Below, piece by piece: positions 43,435-53,406 of a stretch of DNA of 64,000 nt. The notes beneath the pieces were generated by a model. It had not been told where the DNA came from, did no database searches, and saw nothing but the letters and a program-made list of their open reading frames with translations. Source of the DNA: Luminiphilus sp. (GTDB lineage Bacteria; Pseudomonadota; Gammaproteobacteria; Pseudomonadales; Halieaceae). Numbering within the stretch: the first letter of the stretch is position 1; every line of letters starts with the position of its first letter. Made by a program: the position numbers and the translations under genes. The stretch is from positions 218,470-282,469 of the forward strand of contig CBFHPT010000002.1 of the NCBI GenBank assembly GCA_965657905.1, given 5' to 3'.

Positions 43435-46188
43435 ATGACAAAGCGGTTGATTCTGATCGACGGTTCGTCCTATCTCTTTCGCGCTTATCATGCGTTGCCG
43501 CCGCTGACCAATTCCAAGGGTTTAAATACGGGTGCTGCCAAAGGCGTGATCGGCATGGTTCGGAAACTGGTCGCAGAACATCCTGACGATCAGGTAGTTG
43601 TCATCTTTGATGCCAAGGGGCCGACCTTTCGCAACGAGATTTACTCAGAGTACAAAGCTAATCGGCCCCCGATGCCTGACGAGCTGCGGGAACAAATTGA
43701 GCCTATTCATTCCGTGATTGGGGCGCTGGGATTGCCACTCATTTGCGTGGGGGGTGTCGAGGCCGACGATGTGATCGGAACGCTCGCTCGGCGTGCCAGT
43801 GAGCAGCAGCGACCGGTTTTGGTTTCGACCGGTGATAAGGATATGGCGCAGCTCGTCAACGACCACGTCACCCTCGTCAACACCATGAATAATACGGTGA
43901 TGGACAGGCAGGGAGTCATTGATAAATTTGGGATTCCCCCAGAACTGATTATTGATCTGCTGGCACTTCAGGGTGACAAGGTCGATAACATTCCCGGTGT
44001 GCCCGGCGTTGGCGAGAAAACCGCCCTCGCGCTCTTGCAGGGCTTGGGCGGACTCGAGGAGATCTACAGCAACCTTGATCGGGTGGCCGAACTGGAGGTG
44101 CGCGGCGCCAAGAAGTTGGGTGAAAAGCTCGATGCCAACAGGGAGTCTGCTGAGTTGTCTTATCGCTTGGCGACGATAAAAACCGACTGCGAGTTACCCC
44201 TCGCCGACGATGACTTGGTTTCAAAACCTGCTGACCGCGATGAGCTGACGCGTTGGTACACCGAACTCGAGTTTAAAGGTTGGCTATCCGAGGTTTTGAC
44301 CGGTGACGCCCCAGAAGGTCCAGCAGGGGCGGGGGCAGAAACAGAGGGAGAGGCAGAAGTTCAAGCGGCCACTGCGCCACCGCTAGATGTTGTTGTGATT
44401 CAGGATATGGCGACCCTGAGGGAATGGCTCAATCGCTTAGAAGCCGCCGAGCTGTTTGCCTTTGATACCGAAACGACAAGCCTCAATTACATGCAGGCAC
44501 AAGTGGTCGGTGTGTCATTTGCCGTTGAACCGGGTAGCGCCGCCTACGTCCCGCTGGCACATGACTATCCCGGTGCACCCGAGCAGCTTGATCGGGATAC
44601 TGTGCTGGCGCTGTTAAAGCCGATTCTCGAAAACCCTGGCAGTCATAAGGTTGGACAGAACCTCAAGTACGATGCCAACGTCCTGCTCAATCATGACATC
44701 GAGTTAAAGGGCATCCGTCACGATTCGATGTTGGAGTCCTATGTGTTGGACTCCACCGGTACCCGGCACGACATGGATTCGTTGGCGCTAAAATACTTGG
44801 GGCAGCGCGCGATCAGTTTCGAAGAGATCGCGGGCAAGGGTGCGAAGCAACTAACCTTCAATCAAATAGCCTTGGAGCAGGCGGCCCCTTATGCCGCTGA
44901 AGATGCGGATATCACGTTGCGACTGCACAATGCTCTATGGGCAAAGCTTGTGTCTGAGCAACCCCTTTCTGCGCTCTATCGCGAGATTGAAATTCCGTTG
45001 GTACCGGTTTTGACGCGTATAGAGCGTAACGGTGCGTTGGTGAGCCGTCAGCAACTCGCCGATCACAGTCATGAACTTGCCGAACGATTGCGCGCCCTGC
45101 AGGAGCAAGCCCATGAACTCGCAGGTCAGAGTTTCAATTTAGGCTCGCCTAAACAGCTTGGCGAGATACTGTTCAATAAACTGGAACTGCCGGTACTCAA
45201 AAAAACACCAAAAGGGGCACCCTCGACGGCCGAGGAAGTCTTGGCAGAACTGGCATTGGACTACCCGCTACCCGCGGTGTTGATGGAATATCGGAGCCTG
45301 TCAAAGCTTAAATCGACCTATACGGATCGGTTGCCCGAGGTCATCGATCCCAATACCGGCCGAGTACACACTTCGTACCATCAAGCGATTACCGCAACGG
45401 GACGTTTGTCATCATCCGACCCGAATTTGCAGAACATTCCCATACGCACGGAGGAGGGCCGTCGGATCCGCCAGGCGTTTTGTGCCCCGGAGGGTCGCCG
45501 AATCGTTGCGGCAGATTACTCTCAGATAGAGCTACGCATCATGGCGCATCTGTCTCAGGACGCCGGCTTGCTGTCAGCTTTTGATAAAAATCTCGATGTT
45601 CACACGGCAACGGCGGCGGAAGTGTTTGGCGTTCCTCTGGACGACGTATCCGGAGATCAGCGGCGCAAAGCTAAGGCGATTAACTTTGGGTTAATTTACG
45701 GCATGTCGGCATTTGGTTTAGGCAAACAGCTTCAGACCGGTTACAAAGAAGCACAGGAATATATTGATCGGTATTTCTCACGCTATCCCGGTGTTGCCGA
45801 CTACATGACCCGAACTCGGGCTTTGGCCCACGATCAGGGCTATGTAGAAACCCTCTTTGGCCGACGTCTGCACCTCCCAGAAATTAATGCGCGCAACAAA
45901 CAGCGACAGCAAGCGGCTGAACGCACCGCGATTAACGCCCCTATGCAGGGAACAGCCGCCGATATCATCAAGCTTGCCATGATAGCCGTCGATGATTGGC
46001 TTTCGGGGGACACAATTGATGCTCTGATGATCATGCAGGTGCACGATGAGCTGGTGTTTGAGGTCGCCGAGCCGGAGGTCGACAAGCTGCTCGATGCCCT
46101 ACCCGAGTTGATGGCGGGTGTGGCTAAGCTGGATGTGCCGCTGCTCGTGGAGGCGGGCGTGGGGCTAAATTGGGATGAAGCGCACTGA
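43435..46188 (+). CDS. polA: DNA polymerase I
   Basis: A 917-aa ORF with 5'-nuclease, 3'-5' exonuclease (FDTETTSL) and polymerase domains (DYSQIELRIMAH, QVHDELVFE). Confidence 0.97.
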   Translation: MTKRLILIDGSSYLFRAYHALPPLTNSKGLNTGAAKGVIGMVRKLVAEHPDDQVVVIFDAKGPTFRNEIYSEYKANRPPMPDELREQIEPIHSVIGALGLPLICVGGVEADDVIGTLARRASEQQRPVLVSTGDKDMAQLVNDHVTLVNTMNNTVMDRQGVIDKFGIPPELIIDLLALQGDKVDNIPGVPGVGEKTALALLQGLGGLEEIYSNLDRVAELEVRGAKKLGEKLDANRESAELSYRLATIKTDCELPLADDDLVSKPADRDELTRWYTELEFKGWLSEVLTGDAPEGPAGAGAETEGEAEVQAATAPPLDVVVIQDMATLREWLNRLEAAELFAFDTETTSLNYMQAQVVGVSFAVEPGSAAYVPLAHDYPGAPEQLDRDTVLALLKPILENPGSHKVGQNLKYDANVLLNHDIELKGIRHDSMLESYVLDSTGTRHDMDSLALKYLGQRAISFEEIAGKGAKQLTFNQIALEQAAPYAAEDADITLRLHNALWAKLVSEQPLSALYREIEIPLVPVLTRIERNGALVSRQQLADHSHELAERLRALQEQAHELAGQSFNLGSPKQLGEILFNKLELPVLKKTPKGAPSTAEEVLAELALDYPLPAVLMEYRSLSKLKSTYTDRLPEVIDPNTGRVHTSYHQAITATGRLSSSDPNLQNIPIRTEEGRRIRQAFCAPEGRRIVAADYSQIELRIMAHLSQDAGLLSAFDKNLDVHTATAAEVFGVPLDDVSGDQRRKAKAINFGLIYGMSAFGLGKQLQTGYKEAQEYIDRYFSRYPGVADYMTRTRALAHDQGYVETLFGRRLHLPEINARNKQRQQAAERTAINAPMQGTAADIIKLAMIAVDDWLSGDTIDALMIMQVHDELVFEVAEPEVDKLLDALPELMAGVAKLDVPLLVEAGVGLNWDEAH

Positions 46189-46219
46189 CCCAGTAACGCT
46201 TGGGGCTATGTGTGTTCGC

Positions 46220-46960
46220 TTATTTTGCTGGTGTCGGCGGTTCAATTGAGATGTCGGTTGCTTCGGCAGGAGCGCTGTCGATCCCTTCGGTGGTGTCTGC
46301 GTCGTCATCCTCAGGCTTGTCAAAGACTGACTCATCGGTCAGCCAGCTTTTCAATTTGCCTTCAAGTTCTTTCAAGCCGTCCCGTTTGAGCGATGAAAAC
46401 AGCTGCACGCTGGCAAGTTCGCCATATTCCATCAATCGGGCGCGCACCGAAAGCAATGTACTTTTGGCGGGACCGCGCTTGAGCTTGTCGGCTTTTGTTA
46501 GCAGGACGTGAACGGGCATGCTGGCGGTAGCCGCCCAGCTAATCATCTGCTCATCTTGATCTCTGAGGGGATGGCGGACATCCATTAGCAGTATGAGGCC
46601 GCGCAAGCTCTGGCGCTCTTGCAGGTATTGCTCTAGGTGTCGATTCCAAGCTTGCTTCATCTTCAGCGGTACCTTGGCGTAGCCGTAGCCGGGTAAATCA
46701 ACTAGTCGCTGCGTGTCGCTGAGGCTAAAGAAGTTAATGAGTTGGGTGCGCCCTGGAGTGCGTGACGTTCGGGCAAGTTTTCGGTTTTCAGTCAGCGTAT
46801 TAATAGCGCTAGACTTTCCTGAGTTTGATCTGCCGGCGAAGGCGACCTCCGAGCCGGTGTCCGGCGGGGCGTTATCGAGGGCGCTGGCGCTCTGCAGGAA
46901 CTCGGTAGTGCGGAAGTTGACCTTACCCAAGGCCGGTTTATCAGAAAAATCAATGCTCAT
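46220..46960 (-). CDS. engB: ribosome biogenesis GTP-binding protein EngB (YihA) with an acidic C-terminal extension
   Basis: A 246-aa ORF with the G1 motif [14 protein letters not shown]. It ends in a ~40-aa D/E-rich tail ([28 protein letters not shown]). Confidence 0.9.
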   Translation of the reverse strand: MSIDFSDKPALGKVNFRTTEFLQSASALDNAPPDTGSEVAFAGRSNSGKSSAINTLTENRKLARTSRTPGRTQLINFFSLSDTQRLVDLPGYGYAKVPLKMKQAWNRHLEQYLQERQSLRGLILLMDVRHPLRDQDEQMISWAATASMPVHVLLTKADKLKRGPAKSTLLSVRARLMEYGELASVQLFSSLKRDGLKELEGKLKSWLTDESVFDKPEDDDADTTEGIDSAPAEATDISIEPPTPAK

Positions 46961-47089
46961 CGGTCTCTTTTATCCGGCGCGTACGATTGACTATAATGCC
47001 ACGCCACGAGGCCCAGTGTGGGGTGCTCACGGATTTGTTACCAATTTGTAATTGCCGGCGAACCGCTCGCTTGGCGCTGAGGAGATATC

Positions 47090-47410
47090 ATGAATTCATT
47101 AAACGTAATTCGTCGTGCCATTGCACCCGCAACGCTTCTCTTCGCTATAGCGGTTGCTGGTCCAGTCGCAGCTGAACCCAACATGGATAAGTACAATAAG
47201 TCCTGCGGTGTCTGTCACGCGGCGGGTGTTGCTGGCGCGCCAATGGCTCACGATGCGACGGCTTGGGCGCCACGTCTCGAAAAAGGTATGGATACCTTAT
47301 TGGCCTCGGTCAAGAATGGACTCAATGCTATGCCCCCAACGGGATTGTGTGCCGACTGCACCGATGAAGAATACAAAGAGCTCATTACTTATATGTCGTC
47401 ACCGAAGTAA
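47090..47410 (+). CDS. cytochrome c5 family protein
   Basis: A 106-aa ORF with a signal peptide, one CGVCH heme site and a C-terminal Cys pair (CADC), as in cytochrome c5. Confidence 0.85.
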   Translation: MNSLNVIRRAIAPATLLFAIAVAGPVAAEPNMDKYNKSCGVCHAAGVAGAPMAHDATAWAPRLEKGMDTLLASVKNGLNAMPPTGLCADCTDEEYKELITYMSSPK

Positions 47411-47436
47411 TTCGCTTCAACTAAAGGATTTAAGTC

Positions 47437-48087
47437 ATGTTTTCACGAACACTTGTTAGAAGTTTTTCTGTTGCCGCGCTCTCGGTTGTTCTCAGTGCGG
47501 CCGCCAACGCCGCTGGAGTCATCAAAGGTGATGCTGCTGCCGGTGAAAGCAAAGCCGTTACCTGTGGCGCCTGTCACGGGGTCGATGGCAACAGTGCTGT
47601 ACCGAACTTTCCCAAGCTCGCAGGGTTGGGCGAAAAATATTTGCTAAAGCAAATGCAAGACATTCGCGACGGCTGGCGCCCAGTTGCTGCCATGGCGGGT
47701 CAGGTGGACAATATGTCCGACCAGGATTTAGCAGATATCGCCGCTTTTTATGATGGCCAATCTCGAACGCCCGAAATGGCTGATGAGGAGCTCGTCGAGC
47801 TGGGTCGAAAGGTGTACATGGCGGGAATCATGGACCGTAAGGTCGCCGCTTGCTCTGGGTGCCACAGCCCCACGGGTAAAGGTAATGGCCCCGGTGGTTT
47901 CCCTGCCCTCGCTGGACAGCACGCCGACTACATTGCAGCGCAGCTAAAAATGTTCCGCAAGGGCTATGAAGACCCCAGCGGCCGCGTCAATGATGGCGAA
48001 ACCAAAATCATGCGCACCACGGCGTTTGAGCTTTCCGATCTTGAGATTGAGGCGGTAGCTAGTTACGTCTCGGGCCTGAAGCAATAA
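47437..48087 (+). CDS. diheme cytochrome c4
   Basis: A 216-aa ORF with a signal peptide and two heme c sites (CGACHG and CSGCHS). Confidence 0.9.
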   Translation: MFSRTLVRSFSVAALSVVLSAAANAAGVIKGDAAAGESKAVTCGACHGVDGNSAVPNFPKLAGLGEKYLLKQMQDIRDGWRPVAAMAGQVDNMSDQDLADIAAFYDGQSRTPEMADEELVELGRKVYMAGIMDRKVAACSGCHSPTGKGNGPGGFPALAGQHADYIAAQLKMFRKGYEDPSGRVNDGETKIMRTTAFELSDLEIEAVASYVSGLKQ

Positions 48088-48108
48088 CAGTTAACCCAAG
48101 GAAAGTTA

Positions 48109-48756
48109 ATGATGCTTAGACGCGCTTTTATCAACGTTTTGGGTGGTTTTACAGCCCTCTTGGTCGCGGCAAGCTGCAGCGCCGAGACTGTTACGTGGCA
48201 GCTGGGTACCCACTACGATCGCGTCACCCCAACTATTCGTGTGGGTGCCAGCGACGATATCGTGGTTAGCGAGTTTTTTTGGTACGGATGTGGGCACTGC
48301 TACACCTTTGAGCCCATGATCGAGGCGTGGAAAAAACAGCTTCCAGATGACGTTGTTATTAGCCCGTCGCCGGCCATGTGGAATGGGCCTATGCAGCTGC
48401 ATGCAAAGGCGTACTACGTTGCGGAGACGCTGGGTGTCTTAGACCCGATGCATACGGTGCTCTTTAAAGCGCTGAACGTTGAGCGACGCCGCTTAAACAG
48501 CGAAGCAGCCCTAAAAGAAATCTTTGTTGAGAATGGCGTGGCGCCCGAGGATTTTGACCGCGCATTCAACGCGTTTGGTGTTGATAGCCAGGTGCGTCAG
48601 GCCGATGCCCGTGCGCGCTCCGCGAAGATATCGGGTACGCCATCACTTATGGTTAACGGCAAGTACCTTATTACCCCTCGCAAGGCCGGTAGCCAGGCAA
48701 ACATGATTTCGATCGCTGAGTTTTTGATCGAGCAAGAGCGTAACGAAGGGGCCTGA
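48109..48756 (+). CDS. dsbA: thiol:disulfide interchange protein DsbA (active site CGHC)
   Basis: A 215-aa ORF with a signal peptide and the thioredoxin-fold motif FFWYGCGHCYTFEP. It is in the engB, cytochrome c and dsbA neighbourhood. Confidence 0.9.
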   Translation: MMLRRAFINVLGGFTALLVAASCSAETVTWQLGTHYDRVTPTIRVGASDDIVVSEFFWYGCGHCYTFEPMIEAWKKQLPDDVVISPSPAMWNGPMQLHAKAYYVAETLGVLDPMHTVLFKALNVERRRLNSEAALKEIFVENGVAPEDFDRAFNAFGVDSQVRQADARARSAKISGTPSLMVNGKYLITPRKAGSQANMISIAEFLIEQERNEGA

Positions 48757-48854
48757 TTTGCTGCCTAGAGGACGCCCAAGGGTGTCCTCGAAACCCCCGG
48801 AGCCGCTTGGCTTCGACCCAATAAGCGTCGGTTAAACCCAAGCCTTGCGTAAAC

Positions 48855-49334
48855 CTAGGCGCTGTCCAGCGGCAGCCCGGTCTTACTGACAACACGCCTT
48901 AACTCGAAGCTCGAGTGCACTCCGGCGACTCCAGCGATGCGAGTCAATTTTCCGAGCAAAAACTGCTCATAATGGCTCATGTCGGGGACCACCGCTTTGA
49001 TAAGATAATCGGCGCTTTGGCCTGTGACCACGCAACATTCCATAACTTCAGGGTAGCTGGCTACCTCGATTTCAAAGGCTTCAAATCGTTCGGGCGTGTG
49101 GCGATCCATCGTGATGCCGATGTGTGCCGTGAGGGCCAGCCCCAACTTTGCCTGATTCAAAAGCGTGACACGCCGCTCAATGATCCCATCGACTTCCAAT
49201 CGTTTGACTCGGCGCGCACAGGGCGTTGCGGATAGTCCCACTGTCTCGGCAAGTTCCAAGTTGCTTAACGCGGCATTCGACTGCAGCGCCTTCAATATTT
49301 TTATGTCGGTGCGGTCAAGCTCAGCAATGGCCAT
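48855..49334 (-). CDS. Lrp/AsnC-family transcriptional regulator
   Basis: ORF 48855..49382, with the likely start at the ATG at 49334 (MAIAELDRTDIKILKALQSNAALSNLELAETVGLS, a typical Lrp HTH). It is divergent from leuA. Confidence 0.88.
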   Translation of the reverse strand: MAIAELDRTDIKILKALQSNAALSNLELAETVGLSATPCARRVKRLEVDGIIERRVTLLNQAKLGLALTAHIGITMDRHTPERFEAFEIEVASYPEVMECCVVTGQSADYLIKAVVPDMSHYEQFLLGKLTRIAGVAGVHSSFELRRVVSKTGLPLDSA

Positions 49335-49499
49335 AAATTGGGTTCCTACACTATGAAATAGACGATTATTGGAGGATATCACTAAAAATTAACCATTTGG
49401 CTTGTGTTTTTGGCGACAATAACTCGCGCAGTCGGGCTAGAATCTCAGCTCAGAAATCACTATTGGTCGGCTTGCGTCCGGCCTGCAGGGAGCAGCACC

Positions 49500-51185
49500 G
49501 TGGAACAGCAATCCGCCCGCAATTTCGATCACCGGAAATACCGTCCATTTCAGCCGGTTGTAAAGTCAGACCGGCGGTGGCCCGACCGTACCATTGATAA
49601 GGCACCTATCTGGTGTTCAGTCGACCTACGTGATGGTAATCAGGCGCTGGTGGAACCGATGAACGCGGATCAGAAGCTCCGTCTTTGGGAGCAGCTGGTT
49701 GCCATCGGATTTAAAACCATAGAGGTGGGTTTTCCCTCCGCTTCGGTTCACGATTTCGATTTTTTGCGCAAACTCATTGAAGAAGACCGCATTCCAGACG
49801 ATGTCACGGTTCAGGTCTTGGTCCAGGCCCGGGAAGCTCTCATCACGCGCACCTTCGAAGCGCTCGCGGGTGTAAAGCGCGCAGTAGTGCATTTTTACAA
49901 TTCGACCTCGACGGTTCAGCGCCGGGATGTCTTCGATCTCGACCGAGAGGGAATTACGCAGATTGCCGTTGAGGGGGCGCGCCTTGTTGCGGCAGAAGCC
50001 GCGCGCTATCCCGGTACTGACTGGGTTTTTGAATACAGTCCGGAAAGTTTTACCGGAACCGAACTCGATTACGCAGTAGAAATCTGTGACGCAGTGTCGG
50101 AGGTGCTTGCGCCGACGCCCGAAAACCCGCTGATTTTGAACCTGCCAGCCACCGTCGAGATGAGTACACCCAACATCTACGCCGATCAAATAGAGTGGTT
50201 TTGTGACCAGGTCGCCAATCGGGAGTCGTTGCTGATTTCACTGCATACCCACAACGACCGGGGTTGCGCAGTAGCTGCCGCGGAATTGGGTGTGATGGCA
50301 GGGGCCGACCGCGTCGAGGGCACCTTGATGGGTAATGGTGAGCGCACCGGCAATATGGATATCGTCACGATGGCGATGAATCTTTACAGCCAAGGCGTCG
50401 ACCCCGAACTGAATTTAGAACACATGGATGAGATTATTGCCGTGGTGCGTGACTGCACCCAGTTGCCGGTGCATCCGCGTCATCCATACGCCGGTGAGTT
50501 GGTGTTCACAGCGTTCTCAGGCAGTCACCAAGATGCCATCAACAAATGTCTGTCGCGCCGTAATCCCGATGACGGCTGGGATGTCGCTTACCTTCCCATT
50601 GACCCTTCAGATATCGGACGTACCTATCAAGAAGTCATTCGCATTAATAGCCAATCAGGCAAAGGGGGCGTTGCGTACATCCTCTCGCGGGATTATGGGC
50701 TCGAATTGCCGAGGTGGTTGCAAATTGATTTCAGTGCAGCCGTACAGGCTTTGGCTGAAGCAAGCGAGACGGAGGTTTCATCCCAGGCCATTTTTGAGCT
50801 TTTCAAAATGACCTACCTTTCGCCAACGGCAGACTGGTCTTTGGGTAATTATCAGCTGGCTCGCGAGGAGGGCGTGGACGCGCTCAAGGCCGTGCTTGCA
50901 ACCCCGTCGGGGGAGACCTCAATCAACGGGCGCGGCAACGGCGTTGTGGATGCCTTCGTGAACGCTATGGAGGCTTACACCGGACGAAAAATCGTTCTGG
51001 TAGAATACAGCGAGCACACCTTGGGCCAGAGCGCCGATGCTGAGGCAGTGTGTTATGTGCAGTTGAATATCGATGGGGACCGCCCTTGCGGTGTCGGACG
51101 AAGTCACGATATTGTGCAGGCGTCATTGGCAGCCATAGTGTCGGCGTTGAAGGACCATGGTTTGGAGGCCAGTGCGGCCGCTTAG
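49500..51185 (+). CDS. leuA: 2-isopropylmalate synthase (long LeuA type)
   Basis: ORF 49404..51185. The likely start is the GTG at 49500, 7 nt after AGGGAG. The N-terminus is KYRPFQPVVKSDRRWPDRTIDKAPIWCSVDLRDGNQAL, and HTHNDRG is also present. Confidence 0.93.
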   Translation: MEQQSARNFDHRKYRPFQPVVKSDRRWPDRTIDKAPIWCSVDLRDGNQALVEPMNADQKLRLWEQLVAIGFKTIEVGFPSASVHDFDFLRKLIEEDRIPDDVTVQVLVQAREALITRTFEALAGVKRAVVHFYNSTSTVQRRDVFDLDREGITQIAVEGARLVAAEAARYPGTDWVFEYSPESFTGTELDYAVEICDAVSEVLAPTPENPLILNLPATVEMSTPNIYADQIEWFCDQVANRESLLISLHTHNDRGCAVAAAELGVMAGADRVEGTLMGNGERTGNMDIVTMAMNLYSQGVDPELNLEHMDEIIAVVRDCTQLPVHPRHPYAGELVFTAFSGSHQDAINKCLSRRNPDDGWDVAYLPIDPSDIGRTYQEVIRINSQSGKGGVAYILSRDYGLELPRWLQIDFSAAVQALAEASETEVSSQAIFELFKMTYLSPTADWSLGNYQLAREEGVDALKAVLATPSGETSINGRGNGVVDAFVNAMEAYTGRKIVLVEYSEHTLGQSADAEAVCYVQLNIDGDRPCGVGRSHDIVQASLAAIVSALKDHGLEASAAA

Positions 51186-51304
51186 CTGGAGAGTCCCCAA
51201 CTGAAATAAGGCAGAGGAGGGCTTAACGGCAGTGTCCGCGAGCCCAAGCCCTGTTTCACAATATCGATACTCCGTATCTAGCGGGTTGATCGGACTGCTC
51301 TGCG

Positions 51305-52447
51305 ATGGCTGTCGAACAAAAACATGATCCTGTGCGCAAGAAGTCGGATGACTTGGATCTATTCGAGCAGCTTCGGCGTGAGCTGTTTCAGTCGGAGCTG
51401 ATTGCCCCGACAAACGTCGACTCCCACGATATTCAGTTTTCCCGGCGCATGGCTGTGTACCGGGCTATGCTGGTTCTAATGCTCTTTTCGGTACTCGTCA
51501 TCTTGGGTGAAACCCTGATGACCGACGCGGAGCAGCTGTTGACGCTCGGTGTGTCGGGTATCGCCGCAGCAGTGCTAAGCGCAACCTTTTTTGTGCTGAC
51601 TGTCCAAGGGCGGGTGTTAGTGCCACCCATTATCACTCTGGCGCTGAACTTTATCGTTGTGCTCCTTGCGCTGCGTGCAGGTGGCGATCACCACCTGCGC
51701 TGGCTGTTTCCGCTCATGATTGCACTCGCCGGTCTACTGCCGACGGTTGTTGCGCTGTTCTTTGGCACGGTCATGTTGATTGCTCTAGCTCTTTTTTGGG
51801 GTGGAGCCGACACGGACCACAGCCTAGCGGACGCCGCGGTACTAACGGCTACGTGGCTGATTTCGCTGGCCGTCATGCGGTTACTCACCCAGCACAGTGA
51901 CGAGTTGGCGGATTTAGCCCTCTACGACCCGCTGACCGGCGCCCATAACCGACGGTACCTGGTGCCGCAAATTGAGCGGAACTTTGCTGACTTCCAGCGC
52001 TACGCTAGGATGTCATCCCTGCTGATGATCGACCTAGATCACTTCAAGCGGATTAATGATGAGTTTGGGCACAGCCAGGGCGATAAGGTACTTCGGGCCA
52101 TGGTTGCGCTGATCGAAGATCGGATCCGCGGCGTAGATATGCTGTACCGCCTCGGCGGTGAAGAGTTTTTGGTGATCCTGAGTGAAGCGGGCAGTACCAC
52201 AGCTGCAAAAATCGCCGATGAGCTACGTATTGGAATTGAGGGGCTGGAGGCACTGTCAGGCCAGACCGTCACCGTCAGCATAGGGGTTTGTGATGTTACC
52301 AAGGCGGAATCTGCCGAGGACTGGCTCGCTAAGGCGGATGCGGCGATGTACTCCGCCAAAGAGAAGGGTCGTAACCGTGTCGAAGTTGATGCTTCAGAGG
52401 CCGATATCGATGCGCTCACTAAAGGCACTGTGCCGATCTGGCGCTAA
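51305..52447 (+). CDS. membrane-bound diguanylate cyclase (GGDEF domain, with I-site)
   Basis: A 380-aa ORF with about 5-6 N-terminal TM helices. GGEEF lies at 52154-52168, and RGVD (RxxD) lies five residues upstream of it. Confidence 0.9.
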   Translation: MAVEQKHDPVRKKSDDLDLFEQLRRELFQSELIAPTNVDSHDIQFSRRMAVYRAMLVLMLFSVLVILGETLMTDAEQLLTLGVSGIAAAVLSATFFVLTVQGRVLVPPIITLALNFIVVLLALRAGGDHHLRWLFPLMIALAGLLPTVVALFFGTVMLIALALFWGGADTDHSLADAAVLTATWLISLAVMRLLTQHSDELADLALYDPLTGAHNRRYLVPQIERNFADFQRYARMSSLLMIDLDHFKRINDEFGHSQGDKVLRAMVALIEDRIRGVDMLYRLGGEEFLVILSEAGSTTAAKIADELRIGIEGLEALSGQTVTVSIGVCDVTKAESAEDWLAKADAAMYSAKEKGRNRVEVDASEADIDALTKGTVPIWR

Positions 52448-53309
52448 GCTGCTTGTCACCCTGCTGGCTTCTGTTCTCTTAGCGGCCTGTTCCAGTACAA
52501 CTTTTTTTTACAATCAACTCGATACGCTTATCGCGTGGTATGTCGATGATTACATCGACTTCACCCGAGCCCAGTCCAGCGCCTTTGATGACGAGATTGA
52601 CACACTTATCGCTTGGCACCAGCGCCAGGAATTGCCCCGTTACGTCCGGCTTCTATCGGATTTCGAGGCGCGGTTAGACCAGCCATTAACTGAGAGGGAT
52701 ACTCAGGAGATCTCGGATCAACTGGAAGCTGCGGCGAGTCGTATTCAGGACCGCGCACTCGATACCATGCTGGCGTTTGGCGCAGACCTCGACCATGAGC
52801 AGCGGGTCGACTTTGTTGCGGCTCTGCAAGAGCGGCAAGTTGAGTTGGGAGAAGAGTGGCTAGAGAGAACTGATGAAGCGTATTACGAAGCGATTATCGA
52901 GCGGTTCGAGGATAATTTTAGCGACTACATCGGTCGACTAACGCCAGAACAAAAAGCCGTCATCAGTGACTACAGCAGTGAATTTATTCGCATTGATACG
53001 CTCTGGTTAGAAGACCGTGCTAAGTGGATAGAGACCTTGGCGGCGATCATCGAGCGAGATGACCCGGACTGGCCCGCTCAGGTTCGAGCAGCGGTTGATC
53101 AGCGAGCTGACCGCCGAAGTCCAGCCTACACGGCGGGTTATACCCACAACACCCAGCAGTCTTCGGCCATTTTTAGAGCGGTCCTCAACGAGCGAACTGA
53201 CGTTCAAGATCGTCGGCTACGTCGTTCAATCGATGACTATATTGACGACTTTATCGCGCTCGCCGCCGAAGTTGACGCCTGGCCCATTGAGCCTGCAGCA
53301 GCGGGCTGA
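52410..53309 (+). CDS. putative lipoprotein (DUF6279-like)
   Basis: ORF 52290..53309. The only plausible start is the ATG at 52410, giving MRSLKALCRSGAKLLVTLLASVLLAAC with the lipobox LLAAC. It overlaps the GGDEF gene by 38 nt. Confidence 0.7.
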   Translation: MRSLKALCRSGAKLLVTLLASVLLAACSSTTFFYNQLDTLIAWYVDDYIDFTRAQSSAFDDEIDTLIAWHQRQELPRYVRLLSDFEARLDQPLTERDTQEISDQLEAAASRIQDRALDTMLAFGADLDHEQRVDFVAALQERQVELGEEWLERTDEAYYEAIIERFEDNFSDYIGRLTPEQKAVISDYSSEFIRIDTLWLEDRAKWIETLAAIIERDDPDWPAQVRAAVDQRADRRSPAYTAGYTHNTQQSSAIFRAVLNERTDVQDRRLRRSIDDYIDDFIALAAEVDAWPIEPAAAG

Positions 53310-53346
53310 AATCCAGCGGACCGAAGCTGTAGAGTGAATTTCGAGC

Positions 53347-53406
53347 TAGTCGAATAGACGCTGATTTAGCCGAATAGACCCTGATTTAGCCGAATAGACT
53401 GTGCGT
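53347..53406. repeat. three tandem 20-bp direct repeats abutting the ilvD stop codon
   Basis: The three contiguous units are TAGTCGAATAGACGCTGATT, TAGCCGAATAGACCCTGATT and TAGCCGAATAGACTGTGCGT. The next 20 nt (53407-53426, TAGTCGAGCAGAGATAGATC, the ilvD 3' end) match 13/20 of the first unit. Confidence 0.85.

Noticed and set aside
49404-49499. 32-codon extension of leuA
   Set aside because: LeuA homologues start about 10 aa before KYRPF. The GTG at 49500 has an AGGGAG Shine-Dalgarno sequence, and the upstream part is more plausibly the leader or promoter shared with the divergent Lrp-family gene.
49626-50189. 187-aa ORF antisense to leuA (similar cases: 41162..41701, 54745..55320, 56456..57040, 59795..60337)
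   Set aside because: All are embedded in, or out of frame with, confidently assigned genes and lack any recognisable domain signature. They were treated as frame shadows.
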